Assembly (NCBI GenBank): GCA_040954595.2
Contig: CM082597.2
Location: forward strand, 7,403,849-7,467,848
Length of the DNA stretch: 64,000 nucleotides
Reading direction: 5' to 3'
Source of the DNA: Balanoglossus misakiensis
Taxonomy: Eukaryota > Animalia > Hemichordata
This document shows positions 60,320-64,000 of this stretch, piece after piece (position 1 is the first letter of the stretch; each line of letters opens with the position of its first letter). The notes under the pieces are model-generated. The model did no database searches and was not told where the DNA came from. It saw only the letters and a program-made list of their open reading frames with translations. Position numbers and translations under genes: made by a program.

Positions 60320-62087
60320 TTTGAAGTCTTTATCTGAAAACAGATCAGAATACAATTGCCATACATAAGACATATATTCAACTGACTCATATTATGTGTA
60401 ATTTGTTTCTATGACAAAAATAGCGTCAAGGACACTGTGGTCCAATTTGAGGATTATGGGTAAATAGTGATATACCAGAATAAAAATTACAGGTGACATT
60501 GCAAGCAGATATGATCTAATCACATAGAGATATGGAATGTAAAAAAAATAACAAGGAACATGCCCAATAAACTGCTAGAAAAAAATATTTTTGACCAAAA
60601 AATTGTCTGTACAAACACATATGACAAGCAACTTTATTCAGTCAGCCCTGGAACAGACAGACAGACGATGAAGATGCTCACTGACCTGCCACTGGTAATT
60701 AAGATAATTGTTTGTGGTATAAGACAAAATATCAACATTTTGAATTACCCATGATTTGTTTCCATTATTATTTATAATTTTAAATAATCCCCTCATATTA
60801 ATTTACAGCTCAAATTTTAAAGAAATCAGCTATATAATTTCCGAAAAAGATAATTTTTTTATCAAAATTAGAAAATATGCCCCCAAAATACAAAATATTG
60901 CCCCAACAAATCATTGATACGTTATTCATTATGTGTATTGTATTAAAATCATCAAGAGGACACACCCAGGAACCTTCAAATCAAATTTCAAAGCAATGGG
61001 GTAGAGGGTTCTGAAAAGCAGTTTTGACCAAAAATGGCAAAAATTACCCCAAAAATATACTATTGAATTTACCATGATTAGAAAAAATTGCAAGAAAGCA
61101 CCTCTGCACACCCTCAAATGTTTTTTTTTTTCAATTTGGAAAGTTATTTTAGAAAAGAAGATTTGTTTTATTAAAAATGAGGAAAATGACAAAAAAATCA
61201 CCAAATTAGCCATTTTCTGATATCACCAAAAGGTGAAAAAAATCTATGTAAGGTCTCAATAAAGTAAATACAAACCAATTTGCAAAGCAATCTGACCAGT
61301 AGTTCTTGAGTTGTGTTTTGACCAAATTCACATTTTTCCAGCTAATTTGCATATTTTTTTGCAATGATAACTTCATTTGCACAAATTCCCATCTACAGCA
61401 CGGCCACATATCAAGGTGAAACACGCAGCGGTTTTCAAGTTTTTGATGTGGTCGGACATATAGACATACATCCATATATTATACAGATGCAACCGATCCC
61501 GTAAGGTCCCATTGTATATATATACATATAATTACAAACCAAATGGGACCTAAAAACGTGAAAATAAAATTTCGCGTGAAATGATTTTCGGAGATAACGA
61601 TGCAGTCAGTGAAATACGAGAACGGGGAAATTTATCCTCGCGTAACAGTTGCCTCTTTTGATATCACAAAAATTTCTTGTCGCAAAAATAACCTGCTGTA
61701 CAATACCTTCCCGGACAAGCGGTGTTGCGAATGGCTATCTGAAGTTGACTTCTTGTCCATAACTCAATAATTAATCAACAATAACACATTTCCCTTTCCA
61801 TAGTAAAAAAAAAGTGACTCATGTAAAATATACTGGGGTAGTAAGGGACCGTTCAGTTTTTATGGGGGGGGGGATGTCTCCCACACCAACCCCTTCATTC
61901 TTCGCCACATTTGATTTGTGGCTGGTTTGTCTAGTGTACCAGGGCAGAGTACTTGCCACCACCACCCCCCTCCCAATGCTAACTTTGAGTGGAGTGGCAA
62001 CAGTAAAATTGGTCCTCCCAAACATTGTATTAATTGGGGGCACAAGCGCCCTCAGGCGGCTTGTGCCCCCATTGTTATTGTTGGAAT

Positions 62088-62285
62088 TTTTAGGGCCCAA
62101 GCCAAGCAGGCTTGGGCCCTATTGGTATTGTTGGCTTTTTTAGGGCCCAAGCCAAGCAGGCTTGGGCCCTATTGGTATTGTTGGCTTTTTTTAGGGCCCA
62201 AGCCAAGCAGGCTTGGGCCCTATTGGTATTGTTGGCTTTTTAGGGCCCAAGCCAAGCAGGCTTGGGCCCTATTGGTATTACTGGC
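62088..62285. repeat. 50-bp tandem repeat x4 containing the hairpin gggcccaagcc-aagca-ggcttgggccc
   Basis: Units start at ~62091, 62141, 62192 and 62241. Confidence 0.92.
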
Positions 62286-64000
62286 TTTTTTCTTCTTCTT
62301 CTTCAGTCGTTTTTTCGGCCAGCTAGATCTGGAAAACGGCTGAACCTACAAATTTCAAAGTTGGCACAGTGGTGCAGGCCTATGAGAGCATGATCTGTAC
62401 CCTTGTGAATGTTTAATAAGTCACGTGACCTGATGACCATATATGGGCAAATTTTTCAAATTGGCCTAATTTGCATATGAATTGAGATATCAAAATTCTG
62501 TTAAGATACTTTGTGGACCATGTGGTCAGTGTCCTACATGCCAAATTTCAAGGCCGTGGGCCAAGTCCATTATGAGAAGAAGATTTTTAAGTATTATTTT
62601 TCATATTTTTCGCCCAAGCCATGGGCCTATACTTCACATAGTTAAGCTATGACCACATATTATTTTGGATAAATATACATACATATCTCAAAATCTGTTC
62701 AGCCGATCAACTCCAACTTTGGTGTGCAGCTAGCCTAGCATTTGTCAATCATTTTAAGCGAAAAAAAATAATATGAAAAATCAACCGATTTTTTTATATT
62801 AATTTTTATATTAAATTTATACCTTTAGTTATACCTCCATAGTTAAGCTATGTCCACGTTTTATTGTGGAATTCTGGTCTGTGCAATGGTTCTGTAAAGT
62901 GGCTGTCTTTTGGCCAGTGAGCAGAATGGGACCGAAATAAAAGGCAATATTTTGGGCTCACCTGTAACACCTGCTTAACTCATTAATTATGTACATACCT
63001 AATTCCGGGGTAACTAATAGGGCTAGAGGTTTCGTTCTTGTGGGACATGGACCAGTATTGGGTCATTAATTTTTTCCCAAATTTTGGGTGACCTCAGGTG
63101 ACCTTTGACCTACTTTCCTATATCTCGGCACCCAGAGCAGGTACAGACTTGGCGTTTGGAGGGTTGGGACTAAAATTGAAAAGCCAAGATGGGGGTCACC
63201 TGTGACACCTGCATATCTCATTAATTATGTGCATACCTAATTCCAGGCTAACCAATAGGGTTAGAGGTTTGATTTTTGTTTAACATGGACCAGTATGGAG
63301 TCAAAATTTCTTGCCCAAATTTTGGGTGACCTCAGGTGACCTTTGACCTACTTTACCATATCTTGGCATCCACAGCAGATACAGCCTTGGCATTTGGAAG
63401 GATGGAACTCCTGATGGAGCCTTACACTTTACCTCATTAATTATGCGCATACCTAATTGTAGGCGAACCAATTGGGCTAGAGATTTTGTTCTTGTGGGAC
63501 ATGGAGCAGTATGGGGTCAAAATTTCTTGCCCAAATATTAGGTGACCACTTATGACCTTTGACCTTCGGCTTAAGCTTGGGCCCGTCATCGCTGCTTGCA
63601 GCTATATTTTCTTCTACTTCTTCTTGTGTAGTTTTTTCGGCCAGGTAGATCTGGAGAACGGCTGAACCTACCAATTTCAAACTTAGCACAATGGTGCAGG
63701 CCAATGAGAGCTGGTGCAGTACCCTTGTGAATGTTTAATAAGTCATGTGACCTGATGACCATATATGGGCAAAATTTTCAAATCGGCCTAATTTGCATAT
63801 GAATTGAGATATCAAAATTCTGTTCAGATGCTTTGTGGACCACATGGCCAGGGTTCTACATGCCAAATGTCAAGGCCATAGGCCATGTCAATTTTGAGAA
63901 GAAGATTTTTAAGTATTATTTTTCATATTTTTCGCCCAAGCCATCGGCCTATACTTTACATAGTAAAGCTATGACCACATATTATTTTGGATAAATATGC
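62286..64000. mobile_element. Helentron/DINE-like composite repeat: 62300-62680 repeated at 63610-64000, plus ~240-bp internal units at 62950-63560
   Basis: tttttcggccag.tagatctgga.aacggctgaaccta..aatttcaaa occurs twice; ttttgggtgacctcaggtgacctttgacctacttt units are repeated. Superfamily assignment is inference from the terminal hairpin, T-rich flank and internal tandem repeats. Confidence 0.6.

Larger units (their letters stand above)
46247..60340. repeat. Segmental duplication unit B (paired with 25233-38057)
   Basis: Collinear copy of unit A; longer because of extra 117-nt exon units and small internal duplications. Confidence 0.92.

Noticed and set aside
25233-60340. Duplication as a pure assembly artefact (two haplotypes in tandem)
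   Set aside because: Not favoured: the copies differ in 5' exon content, linker exon number, LRR unit variants, one intron and the C-terminal tail. It cannot be fully excluded without read depth.
62088-62285. Palindromic repeats resembling a CRISPR array
   Set aside because: Inter-hairpin sequences are identical rather than unique spacers, there are no cas genes, and the context is eukaryotic; it is a tandem repeat.

Overview
AT-rich, intron-containing animal genomic DNA. Gene and repeat content suggest a marine invertebrate, which is inference only. I assembled five spliced genes by hand from splice sites and reading frames. (1) A 3-exon, ~179-aa SRPBCC/START-like protein with an N-terminal hydrophobic segment and a GC-AG first intron (1989-4759, +). 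(2, 3) Two tandem 11-exon secreted poly(3-hydroxybutyrate) depolymerase-like esterases with identical internal exon sizes and intact Ser/Asp/His motifs (8055-16604 and 18586-25459, +). (4, 5) Two tandem, very large NLR-like genes on the minus strand (29745-40799 and 50928-60319). Their architecture is [DED, copy A only] - GT-B glycosyltransferase-like domain - S/P-rich repeat exons - coiled coil - TRADD-N-like domain - NACHT-associated helical region with no visible P-loop - ~16-17 near-identical 28-aa LRRs - degenerate tail repeats. The NLR pair comes from a ~13-14 kb segmental duplication that also carried an orphan last exon of the second depolymerase. Intergenic and intronic space is full of MITEs (TTAA/Kolobok-like, TAA/Harbinger-like, Tc1/pogo-like), long hairpins, Helentron/DINE-like repeats and microsatellites. 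Domain names come from motif recognition by eye, not from database searches.
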